Positions 37,001-45,534 of a DNA stretch of 64,000 bases are shown here, piece after piece. Under the pieces are notes generated by a model. It was given only the letters and a program-made list of their open reading frames with translations, had not been told where the DNA came from and searched no databases. Within the stretch, counting starts at the first letter, position 1, and each line of letters begins with the position of its first letter. The stretch is from a virus (taxonomy: Duplodnaviria; Caudoviricetes). The stretch is taken from IMG/VR virus record IMGVR_UViG_3300031993_000015; one strand, 5' to 3'. A program made the position numbers and the translations under genes.

Positions 37001-38741
37001 TGAGATCCCCGGTGTTCTTACAGGGTTCACCTATGTACACAAGCTGAAACACCTGGCGGAATCCAAGCTGTCCGCTCGTGGTACCGGCGAGTACTCTGCT
37101 GATGAAACACCCAGTGGCGGCGGTCGCACAGGCAGCAAGCGCTTTGGTTCCCTGGAAACATCGGCACTCGTTGGGCACCAGGCATTTGAGACGCTCAAGG
37201 ACGCAAAGATTCTCCGTGGTCAGTCCAACGCAGACTTCTGGCGGTCTATCAGAACAGGCTCCATTCCGACAATGCCCGGTGAGCCGCTGGTCCACAAGAA
37301 GTTCTTTGCGCACCTCATCGGCTCTGGTGTGAACGTCCGCAAGACCCAGAAGGGCATCAGCACATTTGCGCTTTCCAATGACGATGTGAATGAACTGACC
37401 GGACCCAGAGAGCTCCGTTCCAGAGATACGTATGAAGCCAAGAACTTCCGTCCAATCGACGGTGGTCTGTTCGGCCAGGACGTGTTCGGCATCAACGGTG
37501 ACAAGTGGGGCTACATCAAGCTCGACGAGCCGGTTCCGAATCCGGTCATGGAAGAGCCGCTTGCCAGACTGCTCCGTATGCCTGACAAGACTTTCACAGG
37601 AGTTGCAACCGGAAAGATTGAATACAACGGTATTCGTGGTCCTCTGCAGCTCCGCGATGCGCTTGCGAATATTGATCTGAACAAGGAAGCCAAGAACGCG
37701 CTGATCGAACTGAAGAACGCACCGACCAGCAAGAAGGATGCGATGCTGAAGCGGTATGTCGCCATCGAGCGCATGCGCCGTGCAGGTGTGAGTCCTGATA
37801 AGTACATGCTGGACAAAATTCCGGTGTTGCCTCCGCAGTTCCGTCCAATCACGTCGCACAACGGTCTGACGATGGTGGCTGACAGCAATTATCTGTATGC
37901 GCAGCTTCTGGATGCCAGAGATGACGTGCGAGAGGCCCGCGAGTTACCGGAAGAGTTCCAGCAGCAGGCTCGTGAACGTCTGTACAAGGACTGGAAGGAA
38001 CTGACCGGTCTGTATGAACCAGAAAACAAAGCCTTCAAGGCTAAACATATACAAGGGCTCCTGAAATGGGCGCTTGGCGACAGCCCGAAATTCAGCGCCG
38101 CGCAGCGAAAGGTTATCAGTTCTACTGTAGACACCGTAGGCCGTGGCGTCATTACACCGAACCCAAGACTGAAACTCAACGAAGTCGGTATTCCGGAAGA
38201 AATGGCATTCGGCATCTTCTCTCCGTTGATTGAGCGCGGTCTGGTCCAGCGTGGCTACACTCCTGTGGAAGCCATCAAGCAGGTGCATGACAAGTCTCGT
38301 CAGGCCAGGGAGCTGCTGACAGAAGTCATGAAGACACACCCTGTCATCATGAATCGTGCGCCTACGCTGCACAAGCTGAGTGTCATGGCGTTCAATCCTG
38401 TTCTTGTGACAGGTCATGCGCTTCAGATCAACCCATCCATTGTGGTGCCCTTCGGTGCAGACTTCGACGGCGACACTGTGAATATTCATGCGCCAATGTC
38501 TGACAATGCCCGTGAAGAGGCCAGACGCAGGATGTTCCCGGAGCGCAACCTGATCGCCATGAAGAACCGCCAGATAGCGTACAAGCCTGAGAAGGAATAC
38601 CTGCAGGGTATCTACACCGCGAGCCGTATTAACGACAAGTCCACGATACGCCCCCTCTTAGTTAAGGATCTGGCTGAGGCTCGTGAGGCGTATCGCAAAG
38701 GGCTCATCAACATAGACGATCCCATTGACATGCAGAGCTAA
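34017..38741 (+). CDS. rpoBC: RNA polymerase fusion: beta (middle and C-terminal) plus beta-prime (N-terminal through the catalytic site), intein-containing
   Basis: Beta motifs DPVRSPES..VG, YEDAVVISE, GDKIAGLHGNKG, SPLGVTSR, KLKH, KRFGSLE. Beta-prime motifs GGLFGQDVFG, IPVLPPQFRP, GRGVI, NRAPTLH, GADFDGD. Confidence 0.92.
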   Translation: MPDAPVSPIQAAGTAMTNIRLTPEKPLKTAADWVRDMRMSPSVNKTTTGVDTAQVNGELMLATSKRLLGISRGKQEPDPKDSLEFQRFYGPAEYFAEHVLRDGNKLGRNILWKATNVGNLDFMPVNALDKHISDVYYDSKLAQMIDGSSPLETVDASYKTTRIGEGGVGDLDSAPDEMRTVQPSFLGFVDPVRSPESFRVGLDVYMTKNVMKGSDGKLYQKFINAHTGKEELVDSETIAKSVVTTPEMMHSKTKSVFAMGGPTGVRIVPRKDVDYYLPRADEAYSMSSNMVTMPSAVIGMRLLMGCLHPDTNVLVADDHNMISMKPAKYLTAHNQRIPGMTSEFKTACYDMQNTIAKLTPKPRWFKKIVTKSGRVLVTSYDHRWPVLINGKMTLVQARDLKPGDTILRSAFRDVPNRRTFLNKHLITKDVAFFLGLLCRSAKSNKRGSVTFRYKCGADVRIRDAIHYVWGDCKPVIRQYKKDGFYCMTVRCEALWQFVEDHIGFTDSTRDIPSEILSTYAEIVAEFLNGYTCDDTMMGTDSNEDIWILFIPNMKVRDELSFLFARIGTDTLYRDAPGADPNHVEIALKISDTSRLWNDMYKDTIKYVWEGPRCPIMVDIDINDNMYAVANGIVTHNSKYPLQAISLEHREAPLVRTLDEASGKDMSTLVGKFLGARFAPQGGVVTAVRKDRIDVIWDDGSKGAVPLYVNFPMNAKGFINNTPVIKAGMPFKKGDILASSNYTDKDGTAALGINLKSGWISWKGGTYEDAVVISEEAAKKLTSTTMYNTSVDLDKTISLGKKNYITWKPAEYTKEQMEQLDDNGIVRPGTVLHKGDPMILAVRTSEPSPGTMGKRILTDLSETWDHDHEGIVTDVVKTRKGVKVFTTVTAPAEVGDKIAGLHGNKGTIAQILPKEQMPQTKQGTPLDICFSPLGVTSRNNTAQLYEALLGKVAKKTGQIQTLPAFFEGDLHDYVEGKLKEAHVHADDDLVDPETGREIPGVLTGFTYVHKLKHLAESKLSARGTGEYSADETPSGGGRTGSKRFGSLETSALVGHQAFETLKDAKILRGQSNADFWRSIRTGSIPTMPGEPLVHKKFFAHLIGSGVNVRKTQKGISTFALSNDDVNELTGPRELRSRDTYEAKNFRPIDGGLFGQDVFGINGDKWGYIKLDEPVPNPVMEEPLARLLRMPDKTFTGVATGKIEYNGIRGPLQLRDALANIDLNKEAKNALIELKNAPTSKKDAMLKRYVAIERMRRAGVSPDKYMLDKIPVLPPQFRPITSHNGLTMVADSNYLYAQLLDARDDVREARELPEEFQQQARERLYKDWKELTGLYEPENKAFKAKHIQGLLKWALGDSPKFSAAQRKVISSTVDTVGRGVITPNPRLKLNEVGIPEEMAFGIFSPLIERGLVQRGYTPVEAIKQVHDKSRQARELLTEVMKTHPVIMNRAPTLHKLSVMAFNPVLVTGHALQINPSIVVPFGADFDGDTVNIHAPMSDNAREEARRRMFPERNLIAMKNRQIAYKPEKEYLQGIYTASRINDKSTIRPLLVKDLAEAREAYRKGLINIDDPIDMQS
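34932..35924 (+). mobile_element. Intein (331 aa) with degenerate LAGLIDADG-like domain
   Basis: Starts CLHPDTNV; block B VTSYDHRW; ends ANGIVTHN followed by Ser. Removal restores RLLMG-SKYPLQA (RpoB RALMGSNMQRQA). Confidence 0.9.
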
Positions 38742-38777
38742 GGTAAGACAAATACCAGATTATACAAGGAGGCATAA

Positions 38778-39737
38778 ATGCCATACATTCCCTACAATCA
38801 GTTCATGCGCAAAAGCGCAGTCGCCGTTCTCACTCCGGAAGCCATGCAGGCAGCTATGCAGCCACCTCCGCAGGACCCTGGTATGATGGGCGGTCAGCCT
38901 CCGATGGATCCTTCCATGCAGGGCGGCATGATGCCTCCCGGCGGTGCGCCTCCGATGGACCCGTCCATGATGGGTGGTGCTCCCATGCCTCCGCAGGGTG
39001 CCCCGATGGATCCTTCTATGATGGGTGGGCAGCCTCCTATGGATCCCTCGATGATGGGCGGCGCTCCGGCCGGCGGTCTCCCGCCTGAAGCCATGCAGGA
39101 CCCAATGTTCATCCAGTTCCTGGCAGAGGCTATGGGCATCATGCTCGACCAGACGTCCGGCCAGTTCTTCGACCAGTCCGGCCAGCCGGTTCCTCCCGAT
39201 GTTCTGATGCAGGCATATCAATCCTACATGCAGGCCATGCAGCAGATGCAGTCCGGCGGCATGCCGATGGATCCCACCATGATGGGCGGACAGCCTCCGA
39301 TGGATCCGGCGGCAATGGGTGGTGCTCCTATGGATCCCGCCATGATGGGCGGGGCTCCTGAAGAACAACCGATGGATCCCATGATGCAGGAACTGGCCAG
39401 TCTGATGACGAACGTTGTCGGCGATGAAGTTGTCACACCGCTGAAGCAGGCCATCGAAAACATCGGCAAGCAGATGAACGACCTGAAAGAGCTCATCAAG
39501 ACCATGCGTGATGAAATGGACGTGGTCCGCGACCAAGTCGATTCTCAGGCGCATACCGATGACAAGCGCAAGCAGGAAGACAAAGACGAAGAACAGAACC
39601 TGCGCGACGAACTGGCCGCTGAACTCCAGCCGACAGTTCCGCAGGAACCTGAAGTAAAGACAGCGGCGGCTCAGCCGGCACAGCCCGCAGAGCAGTGGCG
39701 TCCTGTCAATATCATGGATGTCCTTGGGAGGAAATAA
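38778..39737 (+). CDS. Putative internal head protein with PMDPxMMGG repeats and coiled coil
   Basis: YNQFMRKSA leader; about 8 PMDP(S/T/A)MM-like units; VKTAA. Confidence 0.6.
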   Translation: MPYIPYNQFMRKSAVAVLTPEAMQAAMQPPPQDPGMMGGQPPMDPSMQGGMMPPGGAPPMDPSMMGGAPMPPQGAPMDPSMMGGQPPMDPSMMGGAPAGGLPPEAMQDPMFIQFLAEAMGIMLDQTSGQFFDQSGQPVPPDVLMQAYQSYMQAMQQMQSGGMPMDPTMMGGQPPMDPAAMGGAPMDPAMMGGAPEEQPMDPMMQELASLMTNVVGDEVVTPLKQAIENIGKQMNDLKELIKTMRDEMDVVRDQVDSQAHTDDKRKQEDKDEEQNLRDELAAELQPTVPQEPEVKTAAAQPAQPAEQWRPVNIMDVLGRK

Positions 39738-39740
39738 CCC

Positions 39741-40553
39741 ATGCAAACCTACACTGAGTTCCTTATGGTGAAGAAGGCTGGCGACGAAGACGACAGCTAT
39801 CTGGCGAGTCTTGCGACACGCAAAGAAAACGGCGATGAGAAGGTGCAGGAAGCACTCAGCACAATGGCTCCTGGTGAGTTTGGCTGGGGTCTGCTCGGTG
39901 CCGGGCTTGGTGCAGGTGGCGGTTATCTTGTATCCCGCTGGCTGCGTCGTAACGGTACGAAGCGCCAGCGTGCTATGGACATGATCCTTGGTGCGCTTCT
40001 TGGCGGTGGTGGCACGATGCTTCTTATGAACACACTTCCAGGCAGTCATGGTCTTACTCAGGCGGAAATGCTCAGAGCTCGTAAACTGTACGAGAAAGAG
40101 AATCCTGGCAATAAAGACAGGGCTATGGACGATAACGGGAAGGTACCCACACCACCGGAAGAGGTCGCGGCACAACATGCACGTGAGGCAGCTGGCACAC
40201 TGATTGGTGGTTGGCTCGGTAACAAGCTGTTACCAGCTGATACGATGCTTGCCAATGTCAGACTGAAACGTGTTGCAAATAAACTTGGTGTGCCAAAGAG
40301 TGATTTTGCTGCATGGCGTAATTCCGGAACAGACGCAAAGGGACGCGGTACACAGGCACCATATATGGTGAACGGGAAAGCGGTTCCAGGCGGTCAGGAT
40401 ATTCTAAGAACCGACACTACAGCTCGTAATCTGAAGGGTGCTGGGACAGCAGCAAACTGGGTTCTCGGTGGTATCGGCGGTAACATCGTGGCTCGTAAAT
40501 ACGGTGATGACATCGGCAAGGTCTTGTCGAATTTCCTGTTCCCCGCGAAATAA
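39741..40553 (+). CDS. Putative virion glycine-zipper protein (CTS-like leader)
   Basis: MQTYTEFLMVKKAG; GLLGAGLGAGGG; GALLGGGG; GGIGG. Confidence 0.55.
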   Translation: MQTYTEFLMVKKAGDEDDSYLASLATRKENGDEKVQEALSTMAPGEFGWGLLGAGLGAGGGYLVSRWLRRNGTKRQRAMDMILGALLGGGGTMLLMNTLPGSHGLTQAEMLRARKLYEKENPGNKDRAMDDNGKVPTPPEEVAAQHAREAAGTLIGGWLGNKLLPADTMLANVRLKRVANKLGVPKSDFAAWRNSGTDAKGRGTQAPYMVNGKAVPGGQDILRTDTTARNLKGAGTAANWVLGGIGGNIVARKYGDDIGKVLSNFLFPAK

Positions 40554-40562
40554 GGATTGCTC

Positions 40563-42410
40563 ATGCGGACTACGCTTGGCAGAGAACTGATCCGGTCGAA
40601 ATTACCGGAGAAATTCAAAGGTTGGGCTGACAAGGTTCTTGACAAGAAGAACCTCACAGAGCTCATGACACAGATGGCCCTGGATGACCCTGACGGATAC
40701 GTCGATGTTCTCCAGGACCTGAACAATCTGGGTCAGACCGTCGTGTCCCTGTATGGCAGGAACACGGCTCTTCCTTTCGAGGACATCAAGATTTCGAAGG
40801 GTGTCAAGAGCCTGAACAGACAGCTGCATGAAGTCATTGACAAGGTTCTCAATGACGACCATCTGACCGAGAAGCAGAAGGAAGCCAAGATCACCGACCT
40901 CTGCTACAAGTACACCAAGAAGGTCGAGGACGCTGTCTTTGCAGACAATGACCGGCGCTCCACAGCGTTCGCTTCCCAGATCAATTCAGGTTCCCGTGGC
41001 AATAAGACTCAGCTGATGCAGATGCAGTTCGGCAACATGGGCATGAAAGATGCCCTGAACCGTGACATGCCCTATATGATGATCGACCCCTACGCAATCG
41101 GCGCATCACCGATGGGCTACTGGGTGTCTGCTTCATCTGGCCGCAAAGGTTACTACGACGTCCAGATGGCGACCGGCCAGTCCGGTTATCTGGGCAAGCG
41201 TGTGACTGCCGCAACACATGACACAGTCATCAGCGAAGATGACTGCGGTACCACTGACACTGGTATTCCGTTCCCTGCGAACAGCGAGAAGAACATCGGT
41301 GCAGTCCTGCTCCGTCCTTGGCATAAGTATCCGGCCGGCACAATCGTGACCGGCAAGATGGTTGGCGAGGCTGACGAAGGCGAGGAGATGGTTCTCCGCA
41401 GCCCGATCACATGTAAGAGCAGACATGGTATCTGTGCCAAGTGCAGCGGTCTTGGTGAGAATGGTAAGTTCCCCGGCATTGGTGAGTTCGTTCCTATGAA
41501 CGCAGCTCGTTCCTTTGTAGAAGTTATGACACAAAGTTCGGTCGGCAGCAAACATAAAGGGGGTGTCGGCGGCCGCAAAGTCGTTGATCCTGAAGGAGAA
41601 GACCAGCCCACCGGGTTCCGCGCTGCAGAGCGCATGTTCACTGTTCCGAAGAACTTCCCTGGGGGCGCTGTTCTGACACCTGTTGATGGCACCGTTACGA
41701 ACATCCAGGCAGCTCCGCAGGGTGGCAGCTACATCACTGTTGGTGGTTCCACGGTTTATTCTTCACCGGCCCGCACAATCAAGGTCAAGGTCGGTGACAA
41801 AGTGTATGCCGGCGACGTGCTGACCAATGGCGTACCGAATCCTGCTGACATTGTCGGCTACAAGGGTCTCGGTGAAGGCCGCCGGTATTTCACCAACAAA
41901 CTGAACACGGTTCTTAAGGATCTCGGCTGGGGTACGGACAGACGCAACATCGAGTCGTTCTCCAGAGCGTTCCTGAATAAGGTCGAAATTACAGACCCGG
42001 ATGGGTTCGGCAACTACCTACCAGGCGACATCGTTGACTACAGTGCGGTGGCTGCAGATTGGGAGCCTCGCGAGAACTCCATCACAACCAAGGCTGACAA
42101 GGCGCTGAACATGTACCTTGAAAAGCCTGTATTGTACTACAGCGTTGGAACTCGGATTACGCCCGAAGTGGCGAGCACGCTGAAGAAGTACAAATTCGAC
42201 GACGTGACGGTCTCCGATAAGGAGCCGCCATTCTCGGCGAAGTTCCTGCGTCCTACCGAGGCGCTGCAGCACAGCCAGTACTGGTTGCCCCGTATGGCGG
42301 GCGAACGGCTGCGCGACAGCCTTTTCGACGCAGCACGTCAGGGAATCACTGATCCCTATGACTCACCAAGTTATGTAGACAAAATAGTGGCACAGCCATT
42401 CAAACCATAA
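40563..42410 (+). CDS. rpoC: RNA polymerase beta-prime subunit, C-terminal fragment
   Basis: TTLGR, SGSRGN, GRKG..D....T..SGYL.KR (bridge helix), EDDCGT, RSPITC....GICAKC, trigger loop TQ.....KH.GG. Confidence 0.9.
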   Translation: MRTTLGRELIRSKLPEKFKGWADKVLDKKNLTELMTQMALDDPDGYVDVLQDLNNLGQTVVSLYGRNTALPFEDIKISKGVKSLNRQLHEVIDKVLNDDHLTEKQKEAKITDLCYKYTKKVEDAVFADNDRRSTAFASQINSGSRGNKTQLMQMQFGNMGMKDALNRDMPYMMIDPYAIGASPMGYWVSASSGRKGYYDVQMATGQSGYLGKRVTAATHDTVISEDDCGTTDTGIPFPANSEKNIGAVLLRPWHKYPAGTIVTGKMVGEADEGEEMVLRSPITCKSRHGICAKCSGLGENGKFPGIGEFVPMNAARSFVEVMTQSSVGSKHKGGVGGRKVVDPEGEDQPTGFRAAERMFTVPKNFPGGAVLTPVDGTVTNIQAAPQGGSYITVGGSTVYSSPARTIKVKVGDKVYAGDVLTNGVPNPADIVGYKGLGEGRRYFTNKLNTVLKDLGWGTDRRNIESFSRAFLNKVEITDPDGFGNYLPGDIVDYSAVAADWEPRENSITTKADKALNMYLEKPVLYYSVGTRITPEVASTLKKYKFDDVTVSDKEPPFSAKFLRPTEALQHSQYWLPRMAGERLRDSLFDAARQGITDPYDSPSYVDKIVAQPFKP

Positions 42411-42420
42411 GAGGTACAGC

Positions 42421-44613
42421 ATGAAGAGTTTGATCGTTCGCAACGGTCTGATGACCAAGAACGCCGGAGACGAGGGTCCTTCCTTCGAGCAGCAGTTCGG
42501 CATTCTCACCAATTCCATGATTGCCGAGAAGCTGCCGAGCATGGACAACATGAAGCTCGCTTTCCAGCTCATCGAGAAGTCCGACGACGATACCAAGGCG
42601 TGTGGCGCTGCTGTGTATATGATCGGCAACTCTGTCGTGTTCGTGCCGTCCTTCTTCAAGGCAAACAAGATCCAGACCGGTGACATGATGTTCGTCGCCC
42701 AGACGCAGCAGTTCCTGCCTCTGTCCGACGCATGGGTTGCGTGGCTGCGCGACAAAGACCTCTCGGATCCCGGACAGCTCGTACCTCGCGACTCCGTGGA
42801 TGATAACAGTTCTGCGAAGGCTACCACGATTCGTTCCATCGCTGACCCGATCACCAAGACGGCGGCTATGGAGCTGCCAGAAGTGAAGATGGCTCCTATC
42901 TTCCTGCGCGGTCTGCTGTACCTCGATCCTGACATGCAGAAGACGGCCTCCGACTGCGGCAGTGTTCTGAATGTTGCTCTGCACATGGGAAAGGGCGTGG
43001 CCGAGTCCATGCTGGACAATCTCATCAAGAACGCCAACTTCATGAACTCCACGCTGACGTTCTACAGCACGGACGCTGTGAACAACTTTGCCAAGGAAGC
43101 GGCTGCCATCGAAGAGCGTGAGAACACGCCGACTGTGGAACTCATCCTGCCTTTGACCAAGGAAGCCAAGACGCTCAACGCCCAGGAACTGAAGGCGCTC
43201 CATAAGGACGGCTTCTTCATCCGCAAGGTTGCCAACGTTTCTCTCGGCAAGGCTCCTGATGTGGTCCGTCAGAAGAACGTTGAAGGCATGTTCCGTACCC
43301 TGAACGCTCCCGGCAAGGCCGGACTCCTGACTATGAACGGCAACGTGACCAAGCACAAAGTCTTGGCGCTTGTCGATACCAGAGACGGCTACGATTGCTG
43401 CTGTGGCTGGGAACGTGGCGGGCATTGGGAAGCGCCGGCCGAGAACTACAAGCGGCCGCGCCAGATGATCGTCATCACCGATGGCGAGTACACGGAACTT
43501 CCGCATGATGTCATGCATAATGCCCAGGACTTCGAAGAATGGAAGCCTGAAATGGCGGAAGGAATCGGCAAGGTCATCACCAATGGCAATTTCAAGAATG
43601 TCGAGTGGCATGACATCGTTCTGGTTCCAAGTTCCGGCTGTGCATACAAGATTCCGGATCGCTGCTGCCACGAATCCAGCATCTACAGTGTTGCTGCTGA
43701 AGACTCCGGCCTGAAGGCCCCGATCATCAGCGAGGCATCTGTCGTCGTTCCGTTCGGCAGCCGCCTTATCAAGCAGAAAGGCTACAGCGAGTTCAACCAC
43801 CCGGTCTCTGTAGATGAGGTCGCCAAGAAGGAAGAAAAGAAGAGTCCGGATTCCACGACCCAGTCTCCGTATGTGACAATGGTCACGTTCGAGGTGTTCA
43901 TGGGCGAGTACCTCAAGAAGAACTACCGCAAGGCGCGTGTCTACAACAACGGTTCCGACTACGTGATCTCCGGCGACGGTGCTTCCAGTGAGCCTGTTTC
44001 CCTGAAAGAAGCCGCGCTGCACCTGGTGAAGGAATACGACATTGAGCCGGCGGTTGCCAAGATCATGCTCAAGGAAGCCAGCAACGGCGCGACTTACATG
44101 AGCCCAAAGAGCCAGACCTACTTCATCGAGAAGAAGGCCGAGGCGTTCGAGGGCGAATACAGCAACCCGGATGCCGACATCGCTTCCAACACATTCCTCA
44201 ATCAGCCTCCGCAGCTTCGACAGATGGAGATGCCGACGATCCTGGAGGATCCGGCCAATCTGGAGAAGGCTGTCGAAACGGCCGCCCAAAACGGCATCAA
44301 GGAAGTGTTCGACATCACGGCGCTCAAGATTCTTGCTCGCCAGAACCATTTCTTCGACGAGATCCACGACGATATCCCAGGCTTCATGAAGACCATCGAC
44401 AGCCTGTGCCGCAAGCTGTTCCAGTTCTACTGGCACACTGACAAGATGGAAGAGAAGTATGGTACAGTGAAAATGAAATCACTCGAAGACAGTCTCAAGT
44501 GCACACTTGACAGTCTGTCCGATCTGACCATCTTCTTCAAGCTCCGTACCGTGGACGGCACGCAGTCCACCGGTGACGTCACAGGCGAACTGATGACTGG
44601 TCAGATGCTCTAA
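42421..44613 (+). CDS. Large hypothetical head-associated protein with many K-x-A motifs
   Basis: TKNAG, TKTAA, QKTAS, AKEAA, RKVAN, LKEAA, EKKAE. Confidence 0.55.
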   Translation: MKSLIVRNGLMTKNAGDEGPSFEQQFGILTNSMIAEKLPSMDNMKLAFQLIEKSDDDTKACGAAVYMIGNSVVFVPSFFKANKIQTGDMMFVAQTQQFLPLSDAWVAWLRDKDLSDPGQLVPRDSVDDNSSAKATTIRSIADPITKTAAMELPEVKMAPIFLRGLLYLDPDMQKTASDCGSVLNVALHMGKGVAESMLDNLIKNANFMNSTLTFYSTDAVNNFAKEAAAIEERENTPTVELILPLTKEAKTLNAQELKALHKDGFFIRKVANVSLGKAPDVVRQKNVEGMFRTLNAPGKAGLLTMNGNVTKHKVLALVDTRDGYDCCCGWERGGHWEAPAENYKRPRQMIVITDGEYTELPHDVMHNAQDFEEWKPEMAEGIGKVITNGNFKNVEWHDIVLVPSSGCAYKIPDRCCHESSIYSVAAEDSGLKAPIISEASVVVPFGSRLIKQKGYSEFNHPVSVDEVAKKEEKKSPDSTTQSPYVTMVTFEVFMGEYLKKNYRKARVYNNGSDYVISGDGASSEPVSLKEAALHLVKEYDIEPAVAKIMLKEASNGATYMSPKSQTYFIEKKAEAFEGEYSNPDADIASNTFLNQPPQLRQMEMPTILEDPANLEKAVETAAQNGIKEVFDITALKILARQNHFFDEIHDDIPGFMKTIDSLCRKLFQFYWHTDKMEEKYGTVKMKSLEDSLKCTLDSLSDLTIFFKLRTVDGTQSTGDVTGELMTGQML

Positions 44614-44625
44614 CCAGGAGTTTGT

Positions 44626-45534
44626 ATGAGCCAGGAATCCGACGTCGAGATTCTGGAAGGGCCGGTCGTTCCGGCAGAAAAGACTCCCTCCAACACAAGG
44701 GAGTTTTTTCTTAGACCTCCGGATTGGCGGTACCAGGCAGCCGTGAAATATCTGAACGACGAGCTGCATGGTATCACGCCAACTATCCCGACGGACATTC
44801 ATGTCCAGTACGCCGTGCGGGTGTTGCGGGCTTTCAATCAGCCTGCTACACGTATCTATATGGATGTGCTCTGCCCGGATGCCGTTGAGACAATCACGCT
44901 GGGTGTCATCATGAAGCACTCGGCGATTACGGCAGACATCGAGAGCTGTATCATCAGCGGCAGTACAACGGAAGAGCTGGAACTGGACGGGTTCTACATC
45001 AGGCCGGTCGTGTTCGACCTGTACGCCAAACTGTTCTGCGACCTGTCGGGGATCACGGCTGTTCATGCCTGGATCCACGACTTTCTTTTAGAGCCCGAAC
45101 GCCATAGCGAGAACACGACGCTCCTGAAAGCACGGCTGATGGCGTACTACGGTGGCAAGAACATGGGCGGTACGGCTGCTGTAACAGGGTTCATAGACAG
45201 CGAGACCCAGCAGCTCATGAAACAGATCACGGCGACGGAACAGCAGAAGCGCATTTTTGAGTACGTCGTGAGGGCTACCGACATGAGAGCCGAGGACTAT
45301 GTCGCGGTCATGGAAGGAGCCGTTAAAAGTATGACGGAAAAAGACTTTCAGGAGAAGATGCGCGACCGCGAGGAGGCTGGATCCAGTTCACTTGAGGAAC
45401 TTGCCGGCCATCTTGAGGAGGGCATCAGAGCATATAGCCAGAAAGAACTGGAGGCGGTCAACGCTTCCGGTCTTGACTTTGTCAACCAATATACTCCCGT
45501 AATCATCCGAAAGGAACAGGACGATGGAAAATAA
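44626..45534 (+). CDS. Hypothetical protein
   Basis: AGGAG RBS; packed operon. Confidence 0.7.
   Translation: MSQESDVEILEGPVVPAEKTPSNTREFFLRPPDWRYQAAVKYLNDELHGITPTIPTDIHVQYAVRVLRAFNQPATRIYMDVLCPDAVETITLGVIMKHSAITADIESCIISGSTTEELELDGFYIRPVVFDLYAKLFCDLSGITAVHAWIHDFLLEPERHSENTTLLKARLMAYYGGKNMGGTAAVTGFIDSETQQLMKQITATEQQKRIFEYVVRATDMRAEDYVAVMEGAVKSMTEKDFQEKMRDREEAGSSSLEELAGHLEEGIRAYSQKELEAVNASGLDFVNQYTPVIIRKEQDDGK

Noticed and set aside
30817-42410. Cellular rpoBC locus or a pseudogenised RNAP
   Set aside because: No ribosomal protein genes nearby; fragments have their own starts, the catalytic Asp triad is intact, and they sit among phage head genes.
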